Shown here one piece after another: positions 34,201-45,623 of a stretch of 64,000 nucleotides of DNA (position 1 is its first letter; each line of letters opens with the position of its first letter). The DNA is taken from positions 416,001 through 480,000 of the forward strand of contig CAWJTV010000033.1 of assembly GCA_963845755.1 (NCBI GenBank). Reading direction: 5' to 3'. The notes beneath the pieces are model-generated. The model searched no databases and had not been told where the DNA came from. It saw only the letters and a program-made list of their open reading frames with translations. A program made the position numbers and the translations under genes. This DNA comes from an uncultured Planctomycetota bacterium. GTDB lineage: Bacteria > Planctomycetota > Planctomycetia > Isosphaerales > Isosphaeraceae.

Positions 34201-34596
34201 CTGGAAGCGCAGGACCTGCTGGGCGTCGGACAGGGCGGCATCGGGGAGGACCTTCAGGGCCACGCGTCGGCCGAGCGACTCCTGCTCGGCCTCATAGACG
34301 ACGCCCATGCCGCCGCGGCCGACCTCGCGGAGGATGCGGTAGTCGCCCAGCCGCTCCAGGCGCGTCGCGGTGTGCACGGGCACGCCGCCGGTGGAGTCGT
34401 CGGGGCCGTCGGAGCGGAGGTCCTCCATGCGGATCAGGACGGGGAAGACGTCGCGGATCTCGTCGGCGAGCTCGGGGTGACGGCGGCAGTAGTCCTCGAG
34501 GGTGGGGCGATCCCCGCCGCGCTGGCGGCGGAGGAAGTCGTCGGCCAGGGCTTCGACGGGGTTGCGGTCCTGGCTGGTGCCGGATGAGGTGCTCAT
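31288..34596 (-). CDS. Membrane Ser/Thr kinase with TPR-like C-terminal region, copy 1 (1102 aa)
   Basis: Intact ORF with Hanks kinase motifs, a TM segment, helical repeats and DQLFPADPF tail. Confidence 0.95.
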   Translation of the reverse strand: MSTSSGTSQDRNPVEALADDFLRRQRGGDRPTLEDYCRRHPELADEIRDVFPVLIRMEDLRSDGPDDSTGGVPVHTATRLERLGDYRILREVGRGGMGVVYEAEQESLGRRVALKVLPDAALSDAQQVLRFQREARAAARLHHTNIVPVFGVGRDEGHHYYVMQFIPGMGLDAVLEELRRLRRGAASASPPAGRGRSDGAVSAAEVAEAILTGRFSPAGGADGGPRPGTTLAASASAPLARPDTLAPKPAESSVVSLPGASADSLARFDPDRTFFRSVARIGLQVAEALEYANRQGILHRDVKPSNLLLDPRGNVWVADFGLAKAADAEDITHSGDIIGTVRYMAPERFRGRCDARSDVYALGLTLYELLTLQPAFAAADRHELMQRVMSEEPERLRVRVPQLPRDLETIVQKAIDRDPARRYPTAAALAEDLQRFLDDKPIRARRVTAAEQAWRWARRNPAVASLATGLMVALVTGLIGVTWQWRQAVANLIAAEAANRKARARFDLAMEAVRAFTTGASEDVILKEKALEGLRKKLLGQSQRYYERLKDSLEGETDPASRSALAEALCDAGSLYAKVDAPAKAEQAFREALALRESLVRDQPGEPTTRRDLGRARLALAGLLGSSSLQRYPEALAELARARDVLEPLARERPGDGGARRLLAECESLDGFVSVGSGRTEEGRVALERATAIFEALIHDDPPYTLVTTADGQTEYRRGLAEALVRTAHSWLNDGEVERAQVAWERQWRVLEDLTAGPFAEDGDWQNLAQGYSMSVASYGYRDHPEEQIRRAERAGEIFRRLAEANPTVASYERGQAEALATAGGLHGDSGNSGKARAYALRALALLRTLPREQQGAAESLGGLDAERALALCDFRDGHLGEALRHINRAIAICEESVRAFPDSIQLQIPFAELPVVRALIELNVGRPEEALGSLHRHRELTEEFLHKYPRRRYVRSHLISGLLLESYILIRVGRLPAASGAADRAATEIDGLPTPLFSADLFSRGAAHALLFVSGRPAGPSRPAEPPGLRANADRAVTDMLEADRRGFRRPDLSVMAVSLLPDRPELRNLLMDQLFPADPFRPEPGSDDDEPASNPRGPRS

Positions 34597-34641
34597 GGGC
34601 GGCTCGGTTCGAGAAGAAGGGGATGTGACGGCGGGTTGGGG

Positions 34642-35310
34642 TCACCAACCTTCGTTCATGCCGGGGATCGATGTGAGGATTTCCTTGAGCCGCTTCAAGG
34701 CCCGGATGTATCGGTTGCTCGCCGCCTTGTTGGTCAGGCCGAGCACCAGCGCGGTCTCCTCGTTGCCCAATAGCTCGAAGTGCCGGAGGGTGAGCACCTC
34801 GCGGTCGATCGGGTCCATGCCGTTGAGCGCCTCCTGGAGGATCAGCTTGTGCTCGGCGCGGATCGCGGCGCGGCTGGCGCTGGTCATCTTGCCCAGGAGC
34901 TGCGCGGCCAGCGACACCGAGCTGGCCTGGGGAAAGGCGCCGCGGTGGAGCGAGACCTCCATACCGGCGTCGCGGGCCTGGGCGCCGAGGTGGTGCCGGT
35001 GCAGGTCGGTCAGCTTCTGGCCGGTGACCAGCCGGAGCCAGAGGTGGAACGGCATCGCCTGCGGGTCGCGGGCGTAGTCGGGCAACCGCTTACGGGCCTC
35101 GAGATAGGCGTCCTGGAGGACGTCGTCGGAATCGACCCGGCCCGAGAGGCGGCGGTCGAGCCGGAGCCGGACCAGCCGCCGGAGCCGGTCGCGCTGGGCG
35201 TCGAACAGCGCGGCGAAGGCGCCCTCGTCTCCCGCCAGGGCGCGGGCCAGCAAGTCTTCGGGCTCGGCCGGTACGGGTCTGGCCATGGCGACGCTCGACG
35301 GGTCAGGCAT
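34642..35310 (-). CDS. ECF sigma-70 factor, planctomycete kinase-associated type
   Basis: RLRRLVRLRLDRRLSGRVDSDDVLQDAY; DREVLTLRHFE.LGNEETA.VLG; directly upstream of the kinases. Confidence 0.92.
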   Translation of the reverse strand: MPDPSSVAMARPVPAEPEDLLARALAGDEGAFAALFDAQRDRLRRLVRLRLDRRLSGRVDSDDVLQDAYLEARKRLPDYARDPQAMPFHLWLRLVTGQKLTDLHRHHLGAQARDAGMEVSLHRGAFPQASSVSLAAQLLGKMTSASRAAIRAEHKLILQEALNGMDPIDREVLTLRHFELLGNEETALVLGLTNKAASNRYIRALKRLKEILTSIPGMNEGW

Positions 35311-35383
35311 CTCGGATCACCGGGTTGACGTGCGTGAGGTATGTTACCACAAAAGAGACGTGGAATGGGCGCTCCGGGCTCGA

Positions 35384-36539
<1,156 letters not shown>

Positions 36540-36564
36540 CGTGAGCTCCTTCATTGGCAGGGCA

Positions 36565-36855
36565 TCAATGCGTCTTCACCGGGGTCGTGATGGTCGAGTT
36601 GAGCGTCCGGCCGACTTTCCACTTGCCCTGGGGCCGGGTCCGGGAAACGTCGCGGGTCTTCGGGGCAGTGACCGGGAACCCGATGTTTTCCCGGTCCACC
36701 GCGGCGTTCCTCGACGCGGCGAGGTCGATTGAACCGCCGCGAGAGGTGTCATCGGAGCAACCCACGAGCGTGAACGTCAGGCCCATAGCAAGCAGGCCAA
36801 CGCCAAGGTGCACGAACCGGGGGCGGGTCAGCCGTCGCGGTATGGATCGGGACAC
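36565..36855 (-). CDS. Small putative lipoprotein upstream of the DUF1559 gene
   Basis: Basic N-terminus, hydrophobic stretch and LVGC lipobox; GAGGAG RBS. Confidence 0.6.
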   Translation of the reverse strand: MSRSIPRRLTRPRFVHLGVGLLAMGLTFTLVGCSDDTSRGGSIDLAASRNAAVDRENIGFPVTAPKTRDVSRTRPQGKWKVGRTLNSTITTPVKTH

Positions 36856-37230
36856 GGGTCGCTCCTCCTCGCCGGGGCCAGGTCAGATAGGTCGGTGTCG
36901 AGGCCGACCGGGCACGCTCGCCGGCCGACGTCTCCTCTCACCTCCTCAGATTAGATCCGGGAGGCGGGGCCATCTTTCCACAGGACCGACCGCCTTTTTT
37001 CTCCGCGGGCGTCACGCGCCTGGGTCGAGACGACCATTCACCCACATTCGCGCTGGTCGGAACCGATGACGTGGTCTCCCGGGAGGCGACCAGGGTAGGG
37101 CAGGGGAGTGCCACCAAGGACGTCGGGATGGCCATCGTCTACGGTTTTTGCCGTTGACGACTACGGCAAAACCCGTATGATCCGCCGCGTCGTTCGGAAT
37201 GACATCCATGGACACGGAGGTCACGGCTTC

Positions 37231-37690
37231 ATGGCACGCCCACGTCACGAACAGCCCACGCCCGCCGAGCTCCATGTGCTCAAGATCCTCTGGGATCGCG
37301 ATGGGCCTGCCACCGTGCGCGACGTCCTCGTGGTCGTGAATCGCGAGAGCAACCCCCCTCGGGCCTATACATCGGTCATGAGTCTGCTCAATGTCATGAC
37401 CGACAAGGGCCTCTTGCGGCGGTCGCCGCACGGGCGAGCGTTCTTGTACGAGCCGGTCTCACCGCGGGAGCAGACCCTCCGCTCGCTTCTGGGTGAAACG
37501 CTCGAAAAAGTCTACAACGGCTCGGCGAGCTTGCTGGTGGCTCATCTCCTCGACCAGTCCCATCCCTCGGCCGATGAGCTCGATCAGATCCGCGCCCTCC
37601 TCGATGACTACCAAAGCCGGCGGACTCCCACGTCCGAGAAAGGAGGGAGCCGATGCGATCGTTCCCGCTCGACGCGCTCGGCGGCGCTAG
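37231..37690 (+). CDS. BlaI/MecI/CopY family transcriptional repressor
   Basis: PTPAELHVLKILW..GPATVRDV...AYTSVMSLLNVMTDKGLL...GRAFLY; GGAGG RBS; end inferred. Confidence 0.9.
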
Positions 37691-39635
37691 CCGGCCGGCT
37701 GATCTGGCTCGGCCTTCTCCACGGCGTCTGGATCGGTCTATTTGGCGCGGCTGGCGTCGCCCTGTACTTTCAGGCTAGATCCCGTTTGTCCCACCAGGCG
37801 CGTCATGCGATCCTGCTGCTCGCGATGGTTGGCGTTGCCGTCGGGCCGGTCGCCGTCGCGCTCCTCCTGCAAGGGTTTTCCTCACACGGAACGACAATCG
37901 ATCGAACGGGATCGGAATCGACCATCGTGGTCGTCATCGGCGAGGCCGCAGCCGGTGCGGCGGTACCGGCTGCGGCCTCGATCGAGCCCGAGCCCGTTGA
38001 GAACCCAGGCTGGAGTCGTCTCGATAAGACTCTGGCATGGGCCGTCGATCGGGTGTGCCAACTCCGTGGCGTGGTGGTCGGGGTATGGCTCCTGGCGACG
38101 CCTTGCCTCGGCGCCTTCCTGATCCTGGGATCGCGGAGGGTGCACCGGCTCTGCCGCGAAAGCGACGCGGCCTTGCTACCCATCCAGGAGCGGGCGCGCC
38201 GGCTGGCCCGTCGGTTGCGACTCCGGAGGATTCCCCGGATCCTGGTTCACCCGAGTCTCTCTGAACCGTTCCTCTGCGGCGTGTTCCGGACGGTCATCGT
38301 GCTCCCCGGGCGCTGGCTGACAACCGCCTCGCCCGAGCGACTCGATGCCATCCTGGCCCATGAGCTGGCCCACGCGCGTCGCCTCGACCACCTGGTGAAC
38401 CTGGCTCAGAGGCTGGTGGAAGTGGTGCTCTTCTTCCATCCGGCGGTGCACTGGCTGTCGCGGTCGCTGCGCCGCGAACGCGAACTGTGCACCGACGCGC
38501 TGGCGGTCCGCATGACCCACGATCCTCTGGCGCTGGCCGAAGCCTTGCAATCGGTTGCCCGTCTGCGTCTCCATTTCCGTTCGCCCCGGGAGATGACGAT
38601 CGCCGGCACGTCGCTGGGCGGTCAGACAGTCTCCCTTCTCCCTCGGATTCAGGAGCTGATCGGCATGACGCCAACTCGCCCGCAACGTCGCATCTGGCCC
38701 TTCGCCGCCTTGCCGGCGGCCGGGATCATCGCCCTCATCGCCACGGCCGCCGGGCTGGCTCGCGATAATCCACCGTCATCCTCCGCCACGACCAAAGCCC
38801 GACCTCCCGTATCCGCAACCCGGGCCGACTCCGGGAAGACGGCGGAAACCGAGCGCTCGATCCAGTACGAGGTGCGCTTGTGTTCGCTCCCCGCAGCGCC
38901 CTGCGCGAACTCCTGCTCGACCGGCTCAAACCGATCAAACTCGAGGCCGACGTCGCCGCCTGGATCATGGATGACCAGGCGCTGTTCGACTTCCTCACAC
39001 TCGCCCAGAACGATACGCGGTCCGAGGTTCTGAATGCTCCCAAGGTCACGATGCTCGAGGGCGACCATGCCCTCGTCATCCGCACGCGGAAGCAGCATTA
39101 CGTCGCCGATGTCGAATGTGCGGCTGGAAAGGGTTTCCGACCCATCATGAAGAAGGTGGACGTCGGCTTGAAGGTCGACCTGACCGGAACGTGTCTGCCC
39201 CATGGCCTGCGGCTTTCGGTGGATGTGAGCCATTCGTCCCTGCTGGGTTTCCACACCCTGTTCCGCAAGGGGGAAATCCACGGCGAGGTCCAGCTCGCCC
39301 AGTACCAGGTGCCCACGGTCCTCAACCGCCGCTCCCAGGTTTCCTGCGACTTGCCCGAAGGGTCCTTCCTCGTCATCAGTTCCGGCCTGTCCGAGGAACG
39401 CGAGGATCTTCGAGGTATCGCCGGGTTTGCCAGTGATGTCTTCGAAATCCGTCGGGCTTCCCAAGCTCGACAAATCCACGACTTACGAACAACTCGTCAT
39501 CGTCAGCCGGCGGATCGAGCCGAAGTCCGAGAAGCGTGCCGCCGCGGCGAGCCCGTCCTCGAAAACCCAGGCTCGCGGCCCCGTCAGCCGCTGACGGCTC
39601 GGCTCGGAGGCGATCCGGAAAGGTCGGGTTCGTAG
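37653..39635 (+). CDS. M56 family (BlaR1-like) membrane metallopeptidase with C-terminal extracytoplasmic domain
   Basis: AILAHELAHARRLD, FFHPAVHW, RERELCTD; own RBS and ATG at 37653; frameshifts at ~37680, ~38900, ~39450. Confidence 0.88.
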
Positions 39636-39763
39636 TCGTAACTGCTTGCGAATACAGGCATTGCGGCAAAACGGCCGGGGTTCGCCGTAATGGCTTGTGT
39701 CCCAATCAGTTCCGGCCAATCAGCCGGCGCCTCTCGGATAGCCTCCGAGAGAGGTTCACAACC

Positions 39764-39812
39764 GTAATAAATAAATATGTAAATACAAAAATATCATATT
39801 TATAAAATCAAC
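39764..39812. other. AT-rich intergenic tract
   Basis: GTAATAAATAAATATGTAAATACAAAAATATCATATTTATAAAATCAAC in an otherwise very GC-rich window, between convergent genes. Confidence 0.7.
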
Positions 39813-39960
39813 GACGATGAATCAAGGCTCCCTGGGCACACCTGGACTTGATTCTGGTCATTTGTACATTTTCCACCTGTTATCCCACCTGTTCTCAGGC
39901 GCACGGACCTGGAGCGTTCTCGCTCGGGTCGCGTGAGCAACTCATTCGTGAGACGCTCGC

Positions 39961-40877
39961 TCAAGGACCGCCGGCCCGGATTCTTTTCCGGGGATCGCTC
40001 CGGCTCTCGGGGATGACGTGAAGGCTCCCCGGCCGGGAGGCGTACTTGCCGCCGCTCTCCCGGGCAATTCGCACGAGATGGTCGCCGCCCTCGCCGCCGG
40101 AGAGGTCCACGCAGTGGATCGGGATCTTCCGGGTGTTGTACCGCGACACGATCTCCACGGTCCCCTCGGGGAACAGGCCGTCGGAGAGCAGGAAGACGGC
40201 CTCTGGCCGCAGGCTCAGCGCCTGCTTGATGGACGTGCGGGGATCGGTCCCGCCGTCGGGCTCCATCAACTCGAGCCAGGCGTTGAGCTGGCGTTTGTGC
40301 TCGGGATCCGCCGGGCGCGGTACCGGGCCCCCCGGCATCGGGATCGACTCCTCGTTGTAGAAGATGACCTCGAATCGCTGCGGCGATTGGAGCGCCATGA
40401 CGCTCCGCCGCAGCTCGATCGTCGCGCGGGCGAACCGGTCGTCGTCGATCATGCTCCCCGAGCCGTCGATGACGTAGACGAAAAACCGGCCCTGCGCCGG
40501 ATGCCGAAGAACGACGCCTGCCGCCAGGGTGGGATGTCGCGCCAGTCCGTGATGCCGGAATATCGGTCCGGTGGGTCCCCTTCCGAGCCCGGCGGCATCA
40601 GGAACGGGCTGCGCGGCTTCTGCATCTCGGATTGCGTCATGATCCGAGGACCGGCCTTCGCCTTGGGAGCGGCTTTCGCCGAAGGTTTCTTCGTCGTGTT
40701 GGATCTGGGCTGGGCCGGCTTTTGATCCTTATCGGCTGTCGCCGATGCTTTCGAAGCCTTGTCGGCCGGGGCTGAGGAGCCGGTCGAGGCTTGCGACTGT
40801 CCCGCCAAGGCCGATGCCAGAACGAGCGCGTGTAGCCAGACCAAGGCTATCCCTCCTCGTGTAGACTCCCGATCCAT
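39961..40877 (-). CDS. Secreted vWA-domain protein (frameshift ~40495)
   Basis: Signal peptide; SFFGIR...[11 protein letters not shown] (DxSxS MIDAS), GGTDP, FLLSDG. Confidence 0.85.
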
Positions 40878-41106
40878 TCCGAGAGGATCCCGACACCCTT
40901 CAAGGTTATCGCACCCACGAGTTACCGGCAACGGGTCGTTTCAGCGGTCGTGGCTCCTCGGTTTCTTTCCAGCATCTAGGATCGTGCAGGCCAGTTTTAT
41001 AGAATACCCTAAGATAGGCGGCCACGAGGACGAATGCCCGGACAGGTACGGCGAACGTCGGGCCTGCGATCGTGGTCGGACCTGGAATCTCGGGGCGAGG
41101 CTGCGC

Positions 41107-42004
41107 ATGCTGGCAAAGCGGATCATCCCCTGCCTGGACGTCAACCATGGGCGTGTCGTCAAGGGGACGAACTTCCTGAACCTCCGGGACGCCGGCGATC
41201 CGGTCGAGGTCGCCGCGCGGTACGATGGCGAAGGGGCCGACGAGTTGGTGTTCCTCGACATCACGGCCAGTCACGAAGATCGGGCGATCCTGCTGGACGT
41301 CGTCCGTCGGACGGCCGAGGTCTGTTTCATGCCGCTGACCGTCGGCGGCGGGATTCGCAGCCTCGACGACATCCGCACGCTCCTGAGCGCGGGAGCGGAC
41401 AAGGTCTCCATCAACTCGGCGGCCGTGCGCGACCCCGAGCTGATCCGCCGGGCGGCCCGGCGGTTCGGCAGCCAGTGCATCGTCGTCAATATCGATCCCA
41501 AGCGCGTTCGACCGCGACGGGCGAGAGATCTGGGAAGTCCACATCAATGGCGGACGGGTGCCCACCGGGCACGAGGCGGTCGCCTGGGCGCGGCACGTCG
41601 AGAGCCTGGGCGCCGGCGAAATCGTCCTGACCAGCATGGATGCCGACGGAACCCAGAACGGTTATGATCTGGAGATGACCCGCGCCGTGGTCGATGCGGT
41701 GGGTATTCCGGTGGTGGCCTCTGGAGGTGCGGGGAGCCCCGAACACCTGCGTGCCGTGCTGGCCGAGGCCGAGGCCTCCGCCGCTCTGGCCGCCAGCATC
41801 TTCCACTATGGTCAGCATTCCATCATGGAGACCAAGGAGTACCTGGCGAGTCATGGCGTCTCGGTCCGGCGGACCGCGGGCCGCCCGCGAGACCGCACCC
41901 CGACGACGGATACCCACCGGCTCCGTCCTCCGCCGGACGGACCGCCCGCCGAGCGGGACGCACCGCACGATCGAGAATCACTCGTGGCCGGTTCGGCCCC
42001 GTGA
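41107..42004 (+). CDS. hisF: Imidazole glycerol phosphate synthase cyclase subunit (frameshift ~41515)
   Basis: [61 protein letters not shown]. Confidence 0.97.
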
Positions 42005-42098
42005 TCGCAATCGTACCCGGAGGGTCGGATCGATTTGCAGTTCCCCCTGGTTGTCCCCAAGTCCTCGTTCCAGTCCAGAACAGCAGGAGACCCAGATC

Positions 42099-43259
42099 AT
42101 GGCGACGGCCGTAGAAGCCCCACCCGTCGAAGCAATGCCCAATGAGCCCGAGGCGAACAAGCTCTTCCGGATGGTCATGAAGTTCAAGGGGTCGGACCTG
42201 CACCTCAAGGTCGGGCTGCCCCCCGCGATGCGGTTGACCGGCACCATCCGAATGATGCAGATGCCCCCGCTCAGCAGCGCGGAGATGGAACGCCTGATGT
42301 TCCCGCTGCTCTCGCCCCGCCAGAAGACCATCCTGGAGGAGACGGGCGGCATCGACTTCGCCCACATCGTCTTCGATCCCAACGGCGATGAGACTCGCTT
42401 CCGCGTCAACCTGTTCCGTCAGCGTGGCCGGCTCAGCCTGGTCGCTCGCCGCGTCAATGCGTCGATCCCCGACTTCGAAGGGCTGGGCTTGCCTCCCGTC
42501 CTCGGCGAGATCGCCAGCCATGACCAGGGGATCGTCCTCCTGGCCGGCGTCACCGGCAGCGGCAAGTCCACCACCATCGCCGCCATGCTCCAGTACGTCA
42601 ACAAACGCGAGCGCTGCCATGTCGTCACCATCGAGGACCCGATCGAGTTCACCTTCAAGGACGACAAGTGCATCATCAATCAGCGCGAAGTGGGCATCGA
42701 CGTCGTCAACTGGGACACCGCCCTGAAGCATGCCGTGCGGCAGGACCCCGACATCATCCTGGTCGGCGAGATGCGTGACCGCGACACGTTCAACGCGGCC
42801 ATGCACGCCGCCGAGACGGGCCACCTGGTCTTCGGGACGATCCACGCGTCCAGTGCCCCGTCCACCATCAGCCGCATCCTTGACCTGTTCCCCCAGGATA
42901 TGCACAAGGCCATGCGGCAGAACCTGGCGTTCAACCTTAAAGCGATTGTCGCCCAGAAGATCTTGCCGACCACCAAGGAATGGGCGGCGTCTACCGGACA
43001 GTCCCGCGTCCCCCTGGTCGAGGTCATGCGCATCAACCCAATCGTGCGGAAGCTGATCCTCAACGAGGAGGACATCAAGCTGGCCCAGGCGATCCGGCTC
43101 GGGAAGGAAGAGGGCATGGTTGACTTCACCGATAGCCTGCATCAACTGGTGCTCGCCGAGAAGATCGAGCGTGCCACCGCCTTCGAGGTCGCCCCCAATC
43201 CTGAGACTTTGCGCATGGTGCTCAAGGGGATCCAATTGCCCGAATCGGGCATGCTCTAA
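42099..43259 (+). CDS. PilT/PilU family type IV pilus ATPase
   Basis: SDLHLKVG, GVTGSGKSTT, TIEDPIE, RQDPDIILVGEMRD, ETGHLVFGTIH. Confidence 0.93.
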   Translation: MATAVEAPPVEAMPNEPEANKLFRMVMKFKGSDLHLKVGLPPAMRLTGTIRMMQMPPLSSAEMERLMFPLLSPRQKTILEETGGIDFAHIVFDPNGDETRFRVNLFRQRGRLSLVARRVNASIPDFEGLGLPPVLGEIASHDQGIVLLAGVTGSGKSTTIAAMLQYVNKRERCHVVTIEDPIEFTFKDDKCIINQREVGIDVVNWDTALKHAVRQDPDIILVGEMRDRDTFNAAMHAAETGHLVFGTIHASSAPSTISRILDLFPQDMHKAMRQNLAFNLKAIVAQKILPTTKEWAASTGQSRVPLVEVMRINPIVRKLILNEEDIKLAQAIRLGKEEGMVDFTDSLHQLVLAEKIERATAFEVAPNPETLRMVLKGIQLPESGML

Positions 43260-43762
43260 CGACTCTGTGGGAGCGTCGGTGGGACCGAGGTATCCGCAAC
43301 CTGGGGCTTCCGCCGCCCATCCCTTCGGGGCGAGCGGTCCGGGACGTCGTAGCCGGCTTCCCGGACGCCGGCGTCTTTCAATTGGCGCCGAAAGGCATTA
43401 CGATCACATGACCCAGCGTACTCGGACCGACTCGGTTTCCCGTTGTGACGGCGGCGGACCCCGGCGGGCCGGTTCGCGGGCAAGGCCGCCGAGCCATCGC
43501 AGCCGTGGATCCTCGCCGATGGCCACCGCGCCTCGGCACCCGACGGCGCGGCGTGGGTTGATGGCCTTCGGGCCGATGGACAACCGAGCCATGGCTCCGT
43601 GGGCGTCCCCCCGGGCGGGTCGACCGGCGCACGATCGTCCGGACGCGTTCCGACCCCTGAGCACGTGGAGGGTGTCCCTGAGGAAGCGGTCACCCCGCGG
43701 TCGGGATCACCGGCAGGTACCCCGTTTTTCGGATCCGAGGCATCGCTCCGGAGAGGTCAGCA

Positions 43763-45514
43763 ATGATTCGCCCGTCCCTGGTGCTCATCACGTTCCTCAC
43801 CCTCATCCTCGGCGGCGCCGCGGCGTCCGAGGCCGCCGACGCCCTGCCGATCGTGCTGGCCCAGATCCCCAACCCCTCGTGGCGGGGCCCCGGGATGTAC
43901 TTGAACCTTTTCAAGTTCGTCCCCGTCATTTTGATCTACATCATGTGGGCCTGGACCACGGACTGGGTCGAGCACGATACCCAGGACTTGAACAACCTCA
44001 AGTTCGGCACCTGGAACACCGTCATTTTCTTGTCCGGCGTGCTGGGGCTGGTGCTGGTGCTGATCCTGCCGATCTATCCGATCGGGCTGGGACTGCTGCT
44101 CCTGGCTTACTTCATCCCCCTGTTCTCCTACGTCTACGCCCGGAACCAGACGGTCCCCGACGACCAGAAGGTGCTGACCCCCTATCACATCGGCGAGGTG
44201 GCCAATAGCGTGATCATGAAGATGGGGATAAGGCCGCTCTTCAACAAGGATGTCGGGCATGTGGATCGGGCCGGGCCGCCGATCCAGTTCGTCGGCAAGA
44301 CCCAGGGTTCGGCAAAGGAAGATCCGTCCCGCGTCAGCCAGGCCGAGGAATCGCGGTCGTTCATGGCCGCCAAGGAGCTGGTCTACGACGCCATGCTCCG
44401 CCGGGCGACCGACATCCACCTCGAGCCGACAGTCGAACAGCTCTCGGTGCGGTACCGGATCGACGGCATCCTCCACGCGGCCGAGCCGTTCGACCGCCCG
44501 ACCGGCGACGCGGTGGTCAACGTCTTCAAGGTCCTCTCGGCGATGGATATCTCCGAGAAGCGCAAGCCGCAGGACGGCTCCTTCGGCGCCCGGCTCCAGG
44601 GACGCGACCTGGATTTCCGCGTGGCGACCTCGGGCTCGAAGGCCGGCGAGAAGCTGGTCATGCGAATCCTCGACAACAGCACCGGGGTCACCAAGCTCGA
44701 GGACCTGGGGATGCGGCCCAAGTTGATCGAGCAGGTCCGCGGCGTGGTGACCCAGCCCCACGGGATGTTCCTCTGCTGCGGCCCGACCGGGGCCGGCAAG
44801 TCCACCACGCTCTACGCATCGCTCCGCGAGATCGACCGCTACCAGCGGAACATCATCACCGTCGAAGACCCCATCGAATACCAGATGGACAACATCACCC
44901 AGATGGAGGTCAACACCAAGGCGGGCCAGACCTTCGCCGCCATGCTCCGGTCGATCTTGCGGCAAGACCCCGACGTCATCATGGTCGGTGAGATCCGCGA
45001 CCAGGAAACCGCCTCGATCGCCTGCCAGGCTGCCAATACCGGCCACATGGTCTTCTCCACGGTCCACTCCAACGACGCCGTGACCTCGCTGTTCCGCCTT
45101 CTGGATCTGGGCGTCGAGCCGTTCATGATCGCCTCGGCCCTCTCGGCCGTCCTGGGCCAACGCCTCGTCCGGCTCCTCTGCGAGGCCTGCAAGGAGCCCT
45201 ACAAGCCCAAGCCCGAATTCCTCAAGAAGGCCAATCTCCCGGCGGACAAGGTGGATGTCTTCTACCGCCGCCCCGAGAACCCGGAGCAGGTCTGTCCCCA
45301 ATGCGGCGGGACCGGCTACTTCGGCCGGACCGGCATCTATGAGCTCCTGGTGGTCACCGAACCGATGCGCGACATGATCCGCGAGAATCCGTCGATCAAC
45401 AAGATCAAGGCCGAGGCCCGCAAGGCGGGCATGATCTACCTCCAGGAGGACGGCCTGCGTCAGGTCATCCAGGGCCGGACGTCCATCGAGGAGCTGCTTC
45501 GCGTCGTCAAATAG
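43763..45514 (+). CDS. GspE/PulE/PilB family ATPase with N-terminal membrane segments
   Basis: ATDIHLEP, RYRIDG, PQDGSF, GPTGAGKSTT, RQDPDVIMVGEIRD, CEAC..CPQCGGTGY. Confidence 0.93.
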   Translation: MIRPSLVLITFLTLILGGAAASEAADALPIVLAQIPNPSWRGPGMYLNLFKFVPVILIYIMWAWTTDWVEHDTQDLNNLKFGTWNTVIFLSGVLGLVLVLILPIYPIGLGLLLLAYFIPLFSYVYARNQTVPDDQKVLTPYHIGEVANSVIMKMGIRPLFNKDVGHVDRAGPPIQFVGKTQGSAKEDPSRVSQAEESRSFMAAKELVYDAMLRRATDIHLEPTVEQLSVRYRIDGILHAAEPFDRPTGDAVVNVFKVLSAMDISEKRKPQDGSFGARLQGRDLDFRVATSGSKAGEKLVMRILDNSTGVTKLEDLGMRPKLIEQVRGVVTQPHGMFLCCGPTGAGKSTTLYASLREIDRYQRNIITVEDPIEYQMDNITQMEVNTKAGQTFAAMLRSILRQDPDVIMVGEIRDQETASIACQAANTGHMVFSTVHSNDAVTSLFRLLDLGVEPFMIASALSAVLGQRLVRLLCEACKEPYKPKPEFLKKANLPADKVDVFYRRPENPEQVCPQCGGTGYFGRTGIYELLVVTEPMRDMIRENPSINKIKAEARKAGMIYLQEDGLRQVIQGRTSIEELLRVVK

Positions 45515-45623
45515 TTGCTCTGCTCCCGTGTTCCGTCTTCCGTGTTCAGTTTTCCGTCGATTATCGGTTCACAAACTGAACCCCAAAAACGAGGCGCGCG
45601 GAGCGAGCCTAAGAGGTGATTCC

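Noticed and set aside
27703..34596. Diversity-generating retroelement or assembly duplication as the cause of the kinase repeats
   Set aside because: No reverse transcriptase or adenine-specific variation is present, and the copies differ by many synonymous changes and divergent C-termini, so they are true paralogs.
37108..39033. Apparent BlaI-BlaR1 fusion protein
   Set aside because: A separate RBS (AGGAGGG) and ATG at 37653 plus one extra base at ~37680 explain it as the usual two-gene pair with an indel.
41500..41530. Programmed frameshift in hisF
   Set aside because: No slippery sequence is present, and similar breaks occur throughout the window, so an error is more likely.
41823..45301. 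Long minus-strand ORFs (470 and 514 aa)
   Set aside because: Antisense to the clear PilT and GspE genes; typical high-GC shadow ORFs, like 59827-61674 and 62490-63872.
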